Source of the DNA: an uncultured Chloroflexia bacterium
GTDB lineage: Bacteria; Chloroflexota; Limnocylindria; Limnocylindrales; CSP1-4
Direction: 5' to 3'
Length of the DNA: 64,000 nt
Assembly: GCA_963766735.1 (NCBI GenBank)
Contig: CAVYBU010000007.1
Span: 384,001-448,000, forward strand
Within the stretch, counting starts at the first letter, position 1; every line of letters begins with the position of its first letter. Of the stretch, positions 10,167 through 19,733 are shown piece after piece. The notes under the pieces are model-generated. The model was not told the DNA's origin. It ran no database searches and worked only from the letters and a program-made list of their open reading frames with translations. A program made the translations under genes and the position numbers.

Positions 10167-11713
10167 GCGGGTCCTCCGGCACCGGGTTCGCGACCCGCGA
10201 GGTGAGCGACCGCGGCAATGAACGCGCGGCCCCGTGCCGCGTAGTCCTCGAACATGTCGAACGACGCGGCCGCCGGGCTCAGGAGCACGGTGGCGACGGT
10301 CCCCTCAGGAGATCCCGCCAGGGCATCGCGGGCCAGCTCGGCAGCGACCGCCACGGCCTCGTCCATGGACGCGGCCCGCCGGGTACGCGCCAGACCGGCC
10401 GCGCGGAGGAGGCCCTCGATCATCGGGCCGCTCTCGCCGATGAGCACGGCTGCGTGGGCGCTCACGGCGGCGACCCGCGCCATCCCGGAGAGGTCCACGC
10501 CCTTGTCGCGGCCACCAGCGATCAGCACCACCGGGGCCGGGAACGCCCGCAGCGCCGCCATCACCGCGTCGGGCTGCGTTCCCTGCGAGTCGTCGACGAA
10601 GCGGACACCGTCCAGGAGCGCCACGGGCTGGAGCCGGTGCTCCACGCCGGTGAAGGCGGCAGCCGAGCGCCGTATGGCATCTGGGGCAACGCCAAACAGC
10701 AGGCCCACGGCGATGGCCGCCAGCGCGTTGGACACGTTGTGGCGCCCTGGGATGCCCAGCTCGTCCACGGGCATGATCCCGCCGCCCGGACCGGTGGCTG
10801 CCGTCCCGCCGCCGGCCAGCGGCAGTCGCTCCACGGCAGCGGACACGATCCACCCCTCCACCACACCCAGACCGCCCGGCAGCGGCCGATCGTGCCGGTA
10901 CAGCACGATCGGGGCCGTCCCGAGCCCCGCGTAGCCGCCAACCACCGGGTCCTCGATGTTGAGCACGAGCGCGCCATCCGGGTCCACCAGCTCCGCCAGG
11001 CGCCGCTTGACCCGCCGATAGGCGTCCACGTTCCCATGCCGGTCCAGGTGATCCGACGTCACGTTGGTGTAGACCGCCACGGTGGTGCCGCGGGAGAGCG
11101 CCGGCAGCTGCAGCTCGGACAGCTCGACCACCACGCGGTGATCCGGGGTGAGCTCCGGCAGCCGCTCCACCAGCGGAATGCCGATGTTCCCGCCCAGGAG
11201 CGCCGGGTGGAGTGGGTCCGCAGACAGGATCGCGTGCGCGAGCGAGGACGTCGTGGTCTTGCCCTTGGTCCCCGTCACGCCGATTGTCGGGGCCGGGCAC
11301 AGACGCAGGAACAGGTCGGACTCCGAGACCAGCGGCGGAGCGCCGGGGTCGCCCGAGGCATGCGCGGCAACCAGAGCCTGCAGCTGCGAGCGCAGGCGCG
11401 GCTCCGTGGTCGGGTAGTCGGGGGTGATCGAAGGCGAGGTGGCAACGAGGTGGGCGCCGGCCCAGGTGGTCCCGGGGTCAATGCCCGGGCCCAGCCGCAG
11501 CGTCACGTCGCGCCCGGCCAGCTGTTCGATCGCACGCCCCAGGTCATCCTCGGGCCTGCCGTCGTACACGGTCACGCGGGCACCTGCGTCCGCGAAGAAC
11601 CGCGCCAGCGCTATCCCGCTGCGGGCCAGCCCCAGCACGGTGACCGGGCGCCCATCGAAGGCACCGGCACGAACGTCGGCCAGCGTCAGGGCGTCGAGGT
11701 CGAGATGGCGCAC
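10163..11713 (-). CDS. murD: UDP-N-acetylmuramoyl-L-alanine--D-glutamate ligase
   Basis: LGLARSG, GVTGTKGKTTT, DHLDRH, HRLQ, LSPAAASFDMF; GTG start inferred. Confidence 0.95.
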   Translation of the reverse strand: MRHLDLDALTLADVRAGAFDGRPVTVLGLARSGIALARFFADAGARVTVYDGRPEDDLGRAIEQLAGRDVTLRLGPGIDPGTTWAGAHLVATSPSITPDYPTTEPRLRSQLQALVAAHASGDPGAPPLVSESDLFLRLCPAPTIGVTGTKGKTTTSSLAHAILSADPLHPALLGGNIGIPLVERLPELTPDHRVVVELSELQLPALSRGTTVAVYTNVTSDHLDRHGNVDAYRRVKRRLAELVDPDGALVLNIEDPVVGGYAGLGTAPIVLYRHDRPLPGGLGVVEGWIVSAAVERLPLAGGGTAATGPGGGIMPVDELGIPGRHNVSNALAAIAVGLLFGVAPDAIRRSAAAFTGVEHRLQPVALLDGVRFVDDSQGTQPDAVMAALRAFPAPVVLIAGGRDKGVDLSGMARVAAVSAHAAVLIGESGPMIEGLLRAAGLARTRRAASMDEAVAVAAELARDALAGSPEGTVATVLLSPAAASFDMFEDYAARGRAFIAAVAHLAGREPGAGGPA

Positions 11714-11723
11714 CGCGCCGGCC

Positions 11724-12704
11724 TCAGTTGAGCGCACGGATGGAAGCCATGAACAGCGTGACACCCATGAGCCCCGCCAGGATGCCCACGATCCAGAACC
11801 GGAGCGTGATCTTCTCCTCGTCCCAGCCGCCCAGCTCGAAGTGGTGGTGGAGGGGCGCCATCCTGAACACGCGCTTCCCGCCCGAGAGCTTGAAGTAGCC
11901 GATCTGGATGATGTCCGACATCGTCTCGACGACGAAGATGAGACCGATGATCGGCAGGACGAGGATCTGGCCCGTGATGAGCGCGATGACGGCCAGGGTC
12001 GCCCCGAGCGAGAGCGATCCCGAGTCCCCCATGAACACCTGGGCCGGGTGGACGTTGAACCACAGGAACCCGAGCAGCGCGCCGATGATCAGGGCGCACA
12101 GGAAGGCCAGGTTCGGCTGGGCCGGCACATTGAGCAGCGCGATGATCATGAACGACACGAAGGCGAAGGCGAGCGTCCCGCCGGCCAGCCCATCGAGGCC
12201 GTCCGTGATGTTCACGCCGTTCGACGCCGCCACGATCGCGAACGCCGCGAAGAAGACGTAGACGACGGGGTCGATCCCGACGTCGCCGATGAACGGGACG
12301 CGGATCGCGGTGATCTGGTACGTGCTCTGGATCTGGAACGCGACCACGAGCGCCACCACGGACTGCCACAGCAGCTTCTGCCGGGCGCGGATCCCCTCGC
12401 CGGTCCGGGCGTTGAGGTAGTCGTCCGCGGCGCCCAGGAGGGCGACCAGAGCCAGCGTCGCAAGCGGCGCGATGACGCCGCCCTCGACTGGCCAGCGCAG
12501 GAGCAGGAAGATGCCGAGAACCACCGCGATGACCAGGAGGCCACCCATGGTGGGCGTTCCCCGCTTCACCATGTGGCTCTGCGGGCCCTCCTCCCGGATC
12601 TGCTTCGCGAAGCCGAAGTGCTGGAGCAGCCGGATGTAGGGCGGCATCAGGATCACGACCAGCGCGAACGCCAGCAGCAGGCCCTGGATCAGCTCCAGCG
12701 TCAC
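11724..12704 (-). CDS. mraY: Phospho-N-acetylmuramoyl-pentapeptide transferase
   Basis: KRGTPTMGG, NITDGLDG, FMGDSGS, MAPLHHHFEL. Confidence 0.97.
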   Translation of the reverse strand: MTLELIQGLLLAFALVVILMPPYIRLLQHFGFAKQIREEGPQSHMVKRGTPTMGGLLVIAVVLGIFLLLRWPVEGGVIAPLATLALVALLGAADDYLNARTGEGIRARQKLLWQSVVALVVAFQIQSTYQITAIRVPFIGDVGIDPVVYVFFAAFAIVAASNGVNITDGLDGLAGGTLAFAFVSFMIIALLNVPAQPNLAFLCALIIGALLGFLWFNVHPAQVFMGDSGSLSLGATLAVIALITGQILVLPIIGLIFVVETMSDIIQIGYFKLSGGKRVFRMAPLHHHFELGGWDEEKITLRFWIVGILAGLMGVTLFMASIRALN

Positions 12705-14236
12705 GCGCCTGCCTCCGGACCGCCCAGGGCCGCCACCAGGCCGTCGACCACGCGCTCCAGCTCCACGCCGCGCGACGCCTTGACCAGCACGATGTCGCCG
12801 GGGACGAGCCGGGGACGCAGGACCTCCACGGCGGCAGCCGCATCCGGGACCGCGAGGATTCGATCCTCGGCCAGCCCTGCGGACCGTGCCCCCACAACGA
12901 TCTCTGCGGCCGCGCCGCCGGATTCACCGTCCACGACGACCAACAGGTCGAGCACTTTGCCCGCAGCCTCGCCGACCTCGCGATGGCCGGCGTCATGGAC
13001 CGACCCGAGCTCCCGCAGCTCGCCCAGCACGGCGATGCGGCGACCGGGCAGCCCGGCGATCAGCTCCAGGGCCGCCCGCACGGAGCCGGGTGCCGCGTTG
13101 TAGGAGTCGTCCACGATCACCACACCCGCGGCCCGGATCACAACAGACCGGTGCGGAGCCGTGGAGGGGGCCGCCAGGCCCGGCACCACCTCGTCCAGGC
13201 CCATCCCGGCAGCCAGGCCCGCAGCGACGGCCGCCAGGCCGTTGTGGACCGCGAGCCGCCCCAGGGCCCCGATCGAGACCTGCCGCGACCCATCGGGCGT
13301 CACCAGCCGGAAGCGCATGCCATCGAACCCGGCGGACACAACGTCGGCCGCGCGGACGTCCGCGGCGGGCGTGAAGCCGTACGTGACCACGCGAGCGCGG
13401 GTGCGTCCGGCCATGCCCAGCACGAGTGTGTCATCGGCGTTGAGGATCGCGATCCCGCCGTCGGCAGCGGCCGGCAGCGCTTCGAGCAGCTCGGCCTTCG
13501 CGTCCACGATGGCGTCGATGGACCCGATCCGGGACAGGTGGACGGGCTGGATCGCGGTCACGATGCCGATGGACGGCAGCCCGATATCAGCCAGGTCGCG
13601 GATCTCGCCCCCGGTGTACATGCCCATCTCGAGGACCGCGGCGCCATGCTGAGGCCCCAGGCGGAGCACTGTCAGCGGCAGGCCCACCTCGTTGTTCTGG
13701 TTGCCCTCGGTCCGCAACGTCGGGAACCGGCGGGACAGCACGCCAGCCACCGCTTCCTTGGTGGAGGTCTTGGCGATGCTGCCCGTGACACCGACGACGA
13801 GCGGGTCGAAGCGGCGGCGCCACGACGCCGCCACCGCGTGGAGCGCACGAAGCGGGTCGGTCACCTGGATCACGGTGACGTCGCCCAGCGACTCGAGCGT
13901 GGGTTCGCCTGCTCCGATGTCCGGCTTGCGACCCACCAGGAGAGCGACGGCCCCGGCCGCGACCGCAGCACCCAGGTACCGGTGCCCGTCGGTCCGCTCG
14001 CCCGGGAGCGCCACGAACAGGGTCCCCGGCATCACCAGGCGCGAGTCGACAGCGCCACCGCGCGCGGTTCGCCCACTCCGAAGCAGCAGCCGCCCGCCCG
14101 TGGACGCAAGCAGGTCATCGGCCGACAGCGACGGGCCGGCGTCGGGCGCGCCGGGGACCGCGGGGGTCGTCGCAGAAGCATCGCCACGGTGGCGATCGGG
14201 AGGGTCGGGAACGGGCGACCGTCCGGGTTTCGTCAC
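12701..14236 (-). CDS. murF: UDP-N-acetylmuramoyl-tripeptide--D-Ala-D-Ala ligase
   Basis: DSR...LFVAL, GVTGSIAKTSTKE, NNEVG, DDSYNAAP, LVKASRG; start uncertain. Confidence 0.93.
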   Translation of the reverse strand: MTKPGRSPVPDPPDRHRGDASATTPAVPGAPDAGPSLSADDLLASTGGRLLLRSGRTARGGAVDSRLVMPGTLFVALPGERTDGHRYLGAAVAAGAVALLVGRKPDIGAGEPTLESLGDVTVIQVTDPLRALHAVAASWRRRFDPLVVGVTGSIAKTSTKEAVAGVLSRRFPTLRTEGNQNNEVGLPLTVLRLGPQHGAAVLEMGMYTGGEIRDLADIGLPSIGIVTAIQPVHLSRIGSIDAIVDAKAELLEALPAAADGGIAILNADDTLVLGMAGRTRARVVTYGFTPAADVRAADVVSAGFDGMRFRLVTPDGSRQVSIGALGRLAVHNGLAAVAAGLAAGMGLDEVVPGLAAPSTAPHRSVVIRAAGVVIVDDSYNAAPGSVRAALELIAGLPGRRIAVLGELRELGSVHDAGHREVGEAAGKVLDLLVVVDGESGGAAAEIVVGARSAGLAEDRILAVPDAAAAVEVLRPRLVPGDIVLVKASRGVELERVVDGLVAALGGPEAGA

Positions 14237-14262
14237 GTCCGCGAGTGTCGCACAGGCGGCGG

Positions 14263-16113
14263 TCACGGCTCGGCCGTGGCGACGGGCATGTCGACCTGCT
14301 CGCCGGGGGCTTCGACCTGCCCCTCGGGAAGGAGGTACGGCGTGTTGATCGCGTTGTGGGCGATCCGACGGAACAGCTCGAACGACATGACCGGCATCTC
14401 GAGGTGGCCCAGGCGGACCACGGTCGGGGTGCCTTCCTCGATCCGCACCGCCACGACCAGGTCCGGGTGCCCAGCCGCCCGGCCGATGTACCCGACGAAC
14501 GAGTAGTTGAACCGGTTGACCTTCCAGGCACCCTTCTCCGAGTCCCAGATCTGCGCGGTGCCGGTCTTGCCGCCGACCTCGAAGCCCGGGACGAGGGTTC
14601 GGGTGCGGTAGAAGCCCACCTCGGTCACGACGTGGTTCATGAGCTTCTGGAGAGTCGCGGACAGCTTGGCGCTGAGAACGCGCCCGTGGCTGATGGGCAT
14701 GCTCTCGGTCTCGCCGACCGACTTGACCACGCGGGGCTGGACGAGAGTCCCGCCATTCACCATTGCCGCGAAGGCCTGGGCCAGCTGGATCGGCGTCACG
14801 GCGACACCCTGTCCGAAGGCGCCGTTGGCGATGTCGATCTGCCGCCACGGTCGAGTGGCCGGGTCGTTGACGATGCCCGGTACCTCGTTCGCGACGTCGA
14901 TGCCGGTGGCCGCCCCGAACCCGAGCTCGCGCCATTCCCGATACAGCCGCTCCGACGCCTTGGCGGTCGTCTTGCCCAGCTTCAGCCCCACCTTCGCCAA
15001 GACGACGTTGCGCGAATAGGCGATGGCATCCTCGAACGTCATCCAGCCCATCGCCTTGTGGTCGGCATCGTCCACGCGCGCCCGGCCCTTGTCGAGCCTG
15101 AGGGTGCCCGTGTCCTTGAGCTTGGTCTTGATGGTGACCACACCGTCCTGGAGGGCCGCGGCGGCCGTCATCATCTTGAACACCGACCCCGGCTCGTAGA
15201 CCGTGGACACGATCGGGTCGATGAACCTGCCCGGATCCTCCGCGGCGATCGCCTGGTACTGGTTGGCGTCGTACGAGGGGTAGCTGGCGTAGGCATACAC
15301 CTCGCCGGTGTAGGGATCGATCACCACTGCCGAGACCCGCTTGGCGCGGTCCGCGATCCAGGTGGCCAGCAGCTCCTGCTCCACCGCGACCTGCAGCGTG
15401 GCATCGATGCTGAGCGTCAGGTCCTGGCCCGGGTAGCCGGTCTCCAGCACCACCGAGGTGTCCGGGACCACGTTGCCACTGGTGTCCTTCTGGGCGGCGA
15501 CCAGCGTCGGCAGCCCGGCCAGCTCGTCCTGGTAGAACTGCTCAATCCCATACTGACCGGCGCCCTCGCGATTGACGAAGCCCAGCAGGTGGGCCGCCAG
15601 CGTCGTCTCCGGTCCCCCACCCGGCTGCGGCGAGAGCCGCACCTGCTCGGGCTCGAGAAGCAGGCCCGAGAGCGCCGGGTCCTTGCCGATGCTCGCCGCG
15701 CGGATCCGGTCCGAGGTATCCGGGCCCAGGCCGCGGGCCAGCACGGTGTAGTCCTTCTCGGACGTCATCCGGCCGGTGAGGGTGGCGGCCGCGTCGTCGG
15801 TGAGGCCCAGTATCTTCACGAGGTTCGCGGCCACCTGCGCCCGGCGTTGGGGTGTGAGGCGACTCGGGTTCGCCGCAAGGCGGTCGCGGCTGATGCTCGT
15901 GGCCAGCACCACGGTGCCGGTCCGGTCGTAGATCGAGCCCCGGCTTGCCGGAATCTCGTACGTCATCGACGACTGCTTGACCGCCATCGCGGCGAGGTCG
16001 TCACGCCGGACGACCTGCCAGTACGCGAGGCGCACGCCGAGGCTCCCCGCGACGAGCACGAGGGCGACGAGGAACGCGAGTGCGCGTCCGCGGGAGTCTG
16101 TCCGGCCGAGCAT
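14263..16113 (-). CDS. ftsI: Class B penicillin-binding protein (FtsI/PBP3)
   Basis: RGSIYDR, EPGSVFK (SxxK), SRN (SxN), KTGT motifs; N-terminal TM. Confidence 0.95.
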   Translation of the reverse strand: MLGRTDSRGRALAFLVALVLVAGSLGVRLAYWQVVRRDDLAAMAVKQSSMTYEIPASRGSIYDRTGTVVLATSISRDRLAANPSRLTPQRRAQVAANLVKILGLTDDAAATLTGRMTSEKDYTVLARGLGPDTSDRIRAASIGKDPALSGLLLEPEQVRLSPQPGGGPETTLAAHLLGFVNREGAGQYGIEQFYQDELAGLPTLVAAQKDTSGNVVPDTSVVLETGYPGQDLTLSIDATLQVAVEQELLATWIADRAKRVSAVVIDPYTGEVYAYASYPSYDANQYQAIAAEDPGRFIDPIVSTVYEPGSVFKMMTAAAALQDGVVTIKTKLKDTGTLRLDKGRARVDDADHKAMGWMTFEDAIAYSRNVVLAKVGLKLGKTTAKASERLYREWRELGFGAATGIDVANEVPGIVNDPATRPWRQIDIANGAFGQGVAVTPIQLAQAFAAMVNGGTLVQPRVVKSVGETESMPISHGRVLSAKLSATLQKLMNHVVTEVGFYRTRTLVPGFEVGGKTGTAQIWDSEKGAWKVNRFNYSFVGYIGRAAGHPDLVVAVRIEEGTPTVVRLGHLEMPVMSFELFRRIAHNAINTPYLLPEGQVEAPGEQVDMPVATAEP

Positions 16114-16128
16114 GGGGATGATGCGCGC

Positions 16129-16512
16129 CTAGGGAGCGCTGACGATGACGGGCTCGGGCAATGGCCCGAAGCCAGCCCCGATGGCCAGCTTCCGGACCGC
16201 GGGCGCCTTGCCCAGCCGGTTGAGCTCGTTGCGCAGGTCCTGGGCGCGCGCCTCCATACGCATCTGCTGAGTGGCGAGCCGATCCATCTCGTAGCCGGTT
16301 GCGGACACGCGGATGTCCTGCGAGAGAGAGAAGAACGCCCCGGCAAAGGCGATGACGATCGCCGACAGCAGGAGGGCCATGCGAGAGGGGCCTCGACGGG
16401 CGCGGACGGCCGCGCGCGCACGACGGCGGGGCAGCGCCGGCGTCGCAATCTCGACGCGCGGGCGGCGGGGCAGGACGACCGTGCGCTGGCGCGCACCCTG
16501 GTAGACGGCCAT
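16129..16512 (-). CDS. ftsL: FtsL-like cell division protein
   Basis: Basic N-terminus, single TM, coiled coil; lies immediately upstream of ftsI. Confidence 0.7.
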   Translation of the reverse strand: MAVYQGARQRTVVLPRRPRVEIATPALPRRRARAAVRARRGPSRMALLLSAIVIAFAGAFFSLSQDIRVSATGYEMDRLATQQMRMEARAQDLRNELNRLGKAPAVRKLAIGAGFGPLPEPVIVSAP

Positions 16513-16515
16513 CGC

Positions 16516-16713
16516 TCAGTCGCCCAGGGCGAAGTGCAGCCGTGCCGAGCGCGGGTCGAGGAATGCGAACCGGTCCGCGAGGGCGGTCGGGGCAACGTCG
16601 TCGAACACCGGCTCGACCGCGTCGGGCTGGTAGTCGCGCTGACGGCGCTCGGCCAGCTCGTGCTGGCGGCGGCCGTAGTTCTTGCGGCGGTTGGACTGGT
16701 GGCGCTTGCTCAC
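16516..16713 (-). CDS. Small hypothetical protein, 65 aa (MSKRHQSNRRKNYGRRQHE...)
   Basis: GTG start after a strong GGAGGAGGAG SD; stop 3 nt before the ftsL ATG; GC3-rich codons. Confidence 0.65.
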   Translation of the reverse strand: MSKRHQSNRRKNYGRRQHELAERRQRDYQPDAVEPVFDDVAPTALADRFAFLDPRSARLHFALGD

Positions 16714-16820
16714 GGGACTCCTCCTCCGTGGGCGAGGGGCCGGCCCTGGGGCCGGTATCGACGGGTCATGGCGTCGGCGCGTCGCTCGGTGTCGGGCTGT
16801 CTCCTCTTGTTGGCGATGAC

Positions 16821-17765
16821 TCAGGCGGCGAGCCGCTCGGCGGCCCGCAGGCGGGCACTCCGGGCCCTGGGGTTGGCGTCGATCTCCGCCTCGGTCGGAG
16901 TCAGCGAGGGGCGAGTAACGAGCCGGAGGCGCGGCGTCTTGCCGCACACGCACACCGGCACCTGGGGCAGGCAGACGCAGCCGCGCCGCTCCGCCGCGAA
17001 GAAGTGCTTGACGATCCGGTCCTCGAGCGAGTGGTACGAGAGGACGACAAGACGACCGCCGGGCCGCAGCAGGTCAACCGCGGCGACGAGGCCTTCCTCC
17101 AGCGCTTCCAGCTCCTCGTTCACGGCGATACGGAGCGCCTGGAAGACTCGCGTGGCCGGGTGGGTGCGCCGGCGCACGCGCGGGTTGACGGGCACGACGC
17201 GTTCGACCAGGGTGGCGAGATCCTCGGCAGTCCGGATTGGAGCCGTGGGGCGAGTGGTGGCGATCGCCTTGGCGATCTTCCAGGCCGCCGGCTCCTCGCC
17301 GTACCGTCGGAACAGGGTTGCGAGCCCGTCGGCGTCCAGCGTCGCGAGCAGCTCGGCGGCGGGGACACCCCGGCTGGCATCGAAACGCATGTCAAGGGGA
17401 CCGCCGGCGCGGAACCCGAAACCGCGTTCCCGGTCGGCCAGCTGGTAGGAGGACAGCCCGAGGTCGAAGAGAAGGCCGTCCACGGCTCCGAACCCGGCCG
17501 CAGGTGCCACCTCGGCGAGCTCGCGGAAGTTCGCACGGCGCAGCACGAGGCGGTCACCGAACCGCTCAAGGCGGAGGGCGACCCGGTCGATCGCGGCCTG
17601 GTCGGCGTCCAGCCCAAGGACGCGACCATCAGGGCTGGCGGCCTCCAGGATCCGCTCGGTGTGCCCACCGCCGCCGACCGTCGTGTCGATCTGGAGGCCG
17701 CCGGCGCCCGGAGCGAGCGTCGCGATGACCTCCTCCGGCATCACCGGCAGGTGCCCTGCCTCCAT
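16821..17765 (-). CDS. rsmH: 16S rRNA m4C1402 methyltransferase
   Basis: HLPVM, DTTVGGGGH, DLGLSSYQL, PLDMR, HPATRVFQALRI, NPRARSARLR. Confidence 0.97.
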   Translation of the reverse strand: MEAGHLPVMPEEVIATLAPGAGGLQIDTTVGGGGHTERILEAASPDGRVLGLDADQAAIDRVALRLERFGDRLVLRRANFRELAEVAPAAGFGAVDGLLFDLGLSSYQLADRERGFGFRAGGPLDMRFDASRGVPAAELLATLDADGLATLFRRYGEEPAAWKIAKAIATTRPTAPIRTAEDLATLVERVVPVNPRVRRRTHPATRVFQALRIAVNEELEALEEGLVAAVDLLRPGGRLVVLSYHSLEDRIVKHFFAAERRGCVCLPQVPVCVCGKTPRLRLVTRPSLTPTEAEIDANPRARSARLRAAERLAA

Positions 17766-17826
17766 CACTCCTCCACGGTTCGGTTGCGGATCCCGAGCGG
17801 ACCCTGGAAGCGCATGTCGTGCGACG

Positions 17827-18255
17827 TCAGATCCCCAGCCCGGCGATGGCCTGCGCGAAGGCATCCGGGTCGTCGAGGCTCTCGCTGTAGGTATCCCAGC
17901 GGGCTGGCGCCCAGATCTCGGCGTGGTCCCGGGAGCCCAGGACCATCGCCTCGTCCTCGAGGCCTGCGAACGCGCGGAGCCCCTGCGGGACGAGCACCCG
18001 GCCCTGCCGGTCGAGCTCCGTCTCGAAGGCCCCGGCGAACAGCTGGCGCTGGAGCAGGCGAGCGTTCGAGTCGGTCATGGGCAGGCTCCCGACCTTCGCC
18101 GAGAGCTCCTCCCACGCCGCCATCGGGAAGATCGCGAGACAGGTGTCCAGCCACCTCGCGACCACGGCCCCGCCGTCGAGCTGCGCGCGGAAGCGTGCGG
18201 GGACGGCGATGCGCCCCTTCACGTCTACCGCGTGCCGGTACTCGCCGGTGAACAC
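17827..18255 (-). CDS. mraZ: Division/cell wall cluster transcriptional repressor MraZ
   Basis: FTGEYRHAVDVKGR, LDRQGR, EIW; GTG start. Confidence 0.96.
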   Translation of the reverse strand: MFTGEYRHAVDVKGRIAVPARFRAQLDGGAVVARWLDTCLAIFPMAAWEELSAKVGSLPMTDSNARLLQRQLFAGAFETELDRQGRVLVPQGLRAFAGLEDEAMVLGSRDHAEIWAPARWDTYSESLDDPDAFAQAIAGLGI

Positions 18256-18330
18256 CGATCCGCCTCTCCCTGACGTCGTGTGGCGCCGATGGTGGTTCGT
18301 CCTGGGGAAGGGCTCCGGCGACCGGATGTT

Positions 18331-18357
18331 CCCCACTTCCCACCACTTTGCGCCACT
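18331..18357 (-). promoter_or_regulatory. MraZ-binding repeats (3 x AGTGG, 10-bp period)
   Basis: CCACT at 18333, 18343 and 18353, between the promoter and mraZ; matches the known GTGG-repeat MraZ operator. Confidence 0.8.
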
Positions 18358-18363
18358 CCGGGC

Positions 18364-18391
18364 ATTCTAGCGCCCGGAACCGGCACGTCAA
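18364..18391 (-). promoter_or_regulatory. Sigma70-type dcw promoter TTGACG-N16-TAGAAT
   Basis: Both hexamers read directly upstream of the MraZ boxes. Confidence 0.7.
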
Positions 18392-18675
18392 TGGCGAAAT
18401 CGCAGATGTGCGGCGGGAATCGCCAGATCCAAGGGATACGAGGTCGGAATCGGGTCCTCGGGCGGCCGTGAGCGGCGCCGGCGGGCGTGCGGCCCGTGCC
18501 GCGCGATGTAGCGCGAGTCAACGGGACCTGCGGCAGCGGCCACCAGCCGGCGATCCGCGGGTCTTCGGGCCGACATCGTGGCCTCTGACGCCACGGAGCG
18601 ACCAGGCCTGCGGCGGATCAGGCCCTCCAAGCCGAATTCGTGGCGTCTGACGCCACCGGCGTGACTAGAGCGGGC

Positions 18676-19506
18676 CTACCTCGTGGGCGGCGGCATCCGG
18701 ATCGAGTCACCCGCTCGCAGGCGGGTCCCCGGGTATTGCGGGTTCCACGAGTAGATGGTCGTCAGGGAATGGCCGAAGTAGTTGGCGATGCTGAAGAGGT
18801 TGTCGCCGGATCGGACGCGGTAGATCCAGCACTTGTCCCGGTCTGCGCACGGCTTCAGGAGGGCGTATCGGGTGCTGGTGGGCGTAGCCGCAGGCGTGCC
18901 CGTGGGAGGCGGCGTTGCGGTCGGTGCCGGAGTTGCGGTCGGTGCCGGAGTTGCCGGAGGAGTAGGAGCCGCAGTCGGTGCCGGAGTCGGCGAGGCTTCC
19001 GGGATCGGCGTCGCCGGGACGGTCGGTGGGGCTGCCGTGGCCGCCGTGGAGGGCGCCGGTGCCACCACACCGGCGAGGTCCGTGGGGGTCGCCTCTCCCC
19101 CGACGACAGGCAGGTCGATTCCACCACGCTGGACCACGAACCCGAATGAGATCCCTGCGCTGAGGACCAGCACGAGGAGCGCGGCCAGTGTTGCCCGCGG
19201 CACCGCGATCTGGCGACGAGAGGGAGGGTTCTCCGGCACGACCAGGGTCCCCTTGAGGAATCGGGGGCAGTCGACGTGCGCTGCGCGGAGGCAGACCAGC
19301 TCTTGCTGACGGGATGCCTGCGGCCGGGGGGCGCCGATGGCGACACACCGGTTATCGTCGTCCGGCTCGCGACGTGGGACCAGGAGGTTGCCGTCCAACT
19401 CTCGCCGGAAGAACGGGCAGACGGACGGGTCCGGCGATCGCGCTGCGTCGTCCATCATCGGCAAGGCCGCCCGCATCCCGCCGGACACGACGCCCTCGTC
19501 GGGCAC
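18676..19506 (-). CDS. Membrane-anchored LysM protein with N-terminal Cys/His motif and Pro/Thr linker
   Basis: C-terminal YRVRSGDNLFSIA...WNP...LRAGDSIRMP LysM; one TM; start uncertain. Confidence 0.85.
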   Translation of the reverse strand: MPDEGVVSGGMRAALPMMDDAARSPDPSVCPFFRRELDGNLLVPRREPDDDNRCVAIGAPRPQASRQQELVCLRAAHVDCPRFLKGTLVVPENPPSRRQIAVPRATLAALLVLVLSAGISFGFVVQRGGIDLPVVGGEATPTDLAGVVAPAPSTAATAAPPTVPATPIPEASPTPAPTAAPTPPATPAPTATPAPTATPPPTGTPAATPTSTRYALLKPCADRDKCWIYRVRSGDNLFSIANYFGHSLTTIYSWNPQYPGTRLRAGDSIRMPPPTR

Positions 19507-19733
19507 GTTTGCTGCGGGGTCGCTGCCGGCGACCGCCGCGGGCTCCTCGTTCAGCTCGAATCCTCCCGGCGAGACGGCAGACGATCTCCCACCTGCGGCG
19601 AGTCTAGTACCTCCGGCCTGTTGCCGAGGCGGAATCCATGGTGGTAGGCTGCGCCTCCGCCGCCGCGCGATGCGCTGCAGCGGGACTACAGTAGGAGTCG
19701 TCCATCCCGTTCGGAGGCAGCCAGCCGCATTCC

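Noticed and set aside
5746-17448. Very long plus-strand ORFs (722, 509, 559, 1067 aa) opposite the dcw genes
   Set aside because: Antisense shadows of GC3-rich real genes; Arg/Gly/Pro-rich with no motifs.
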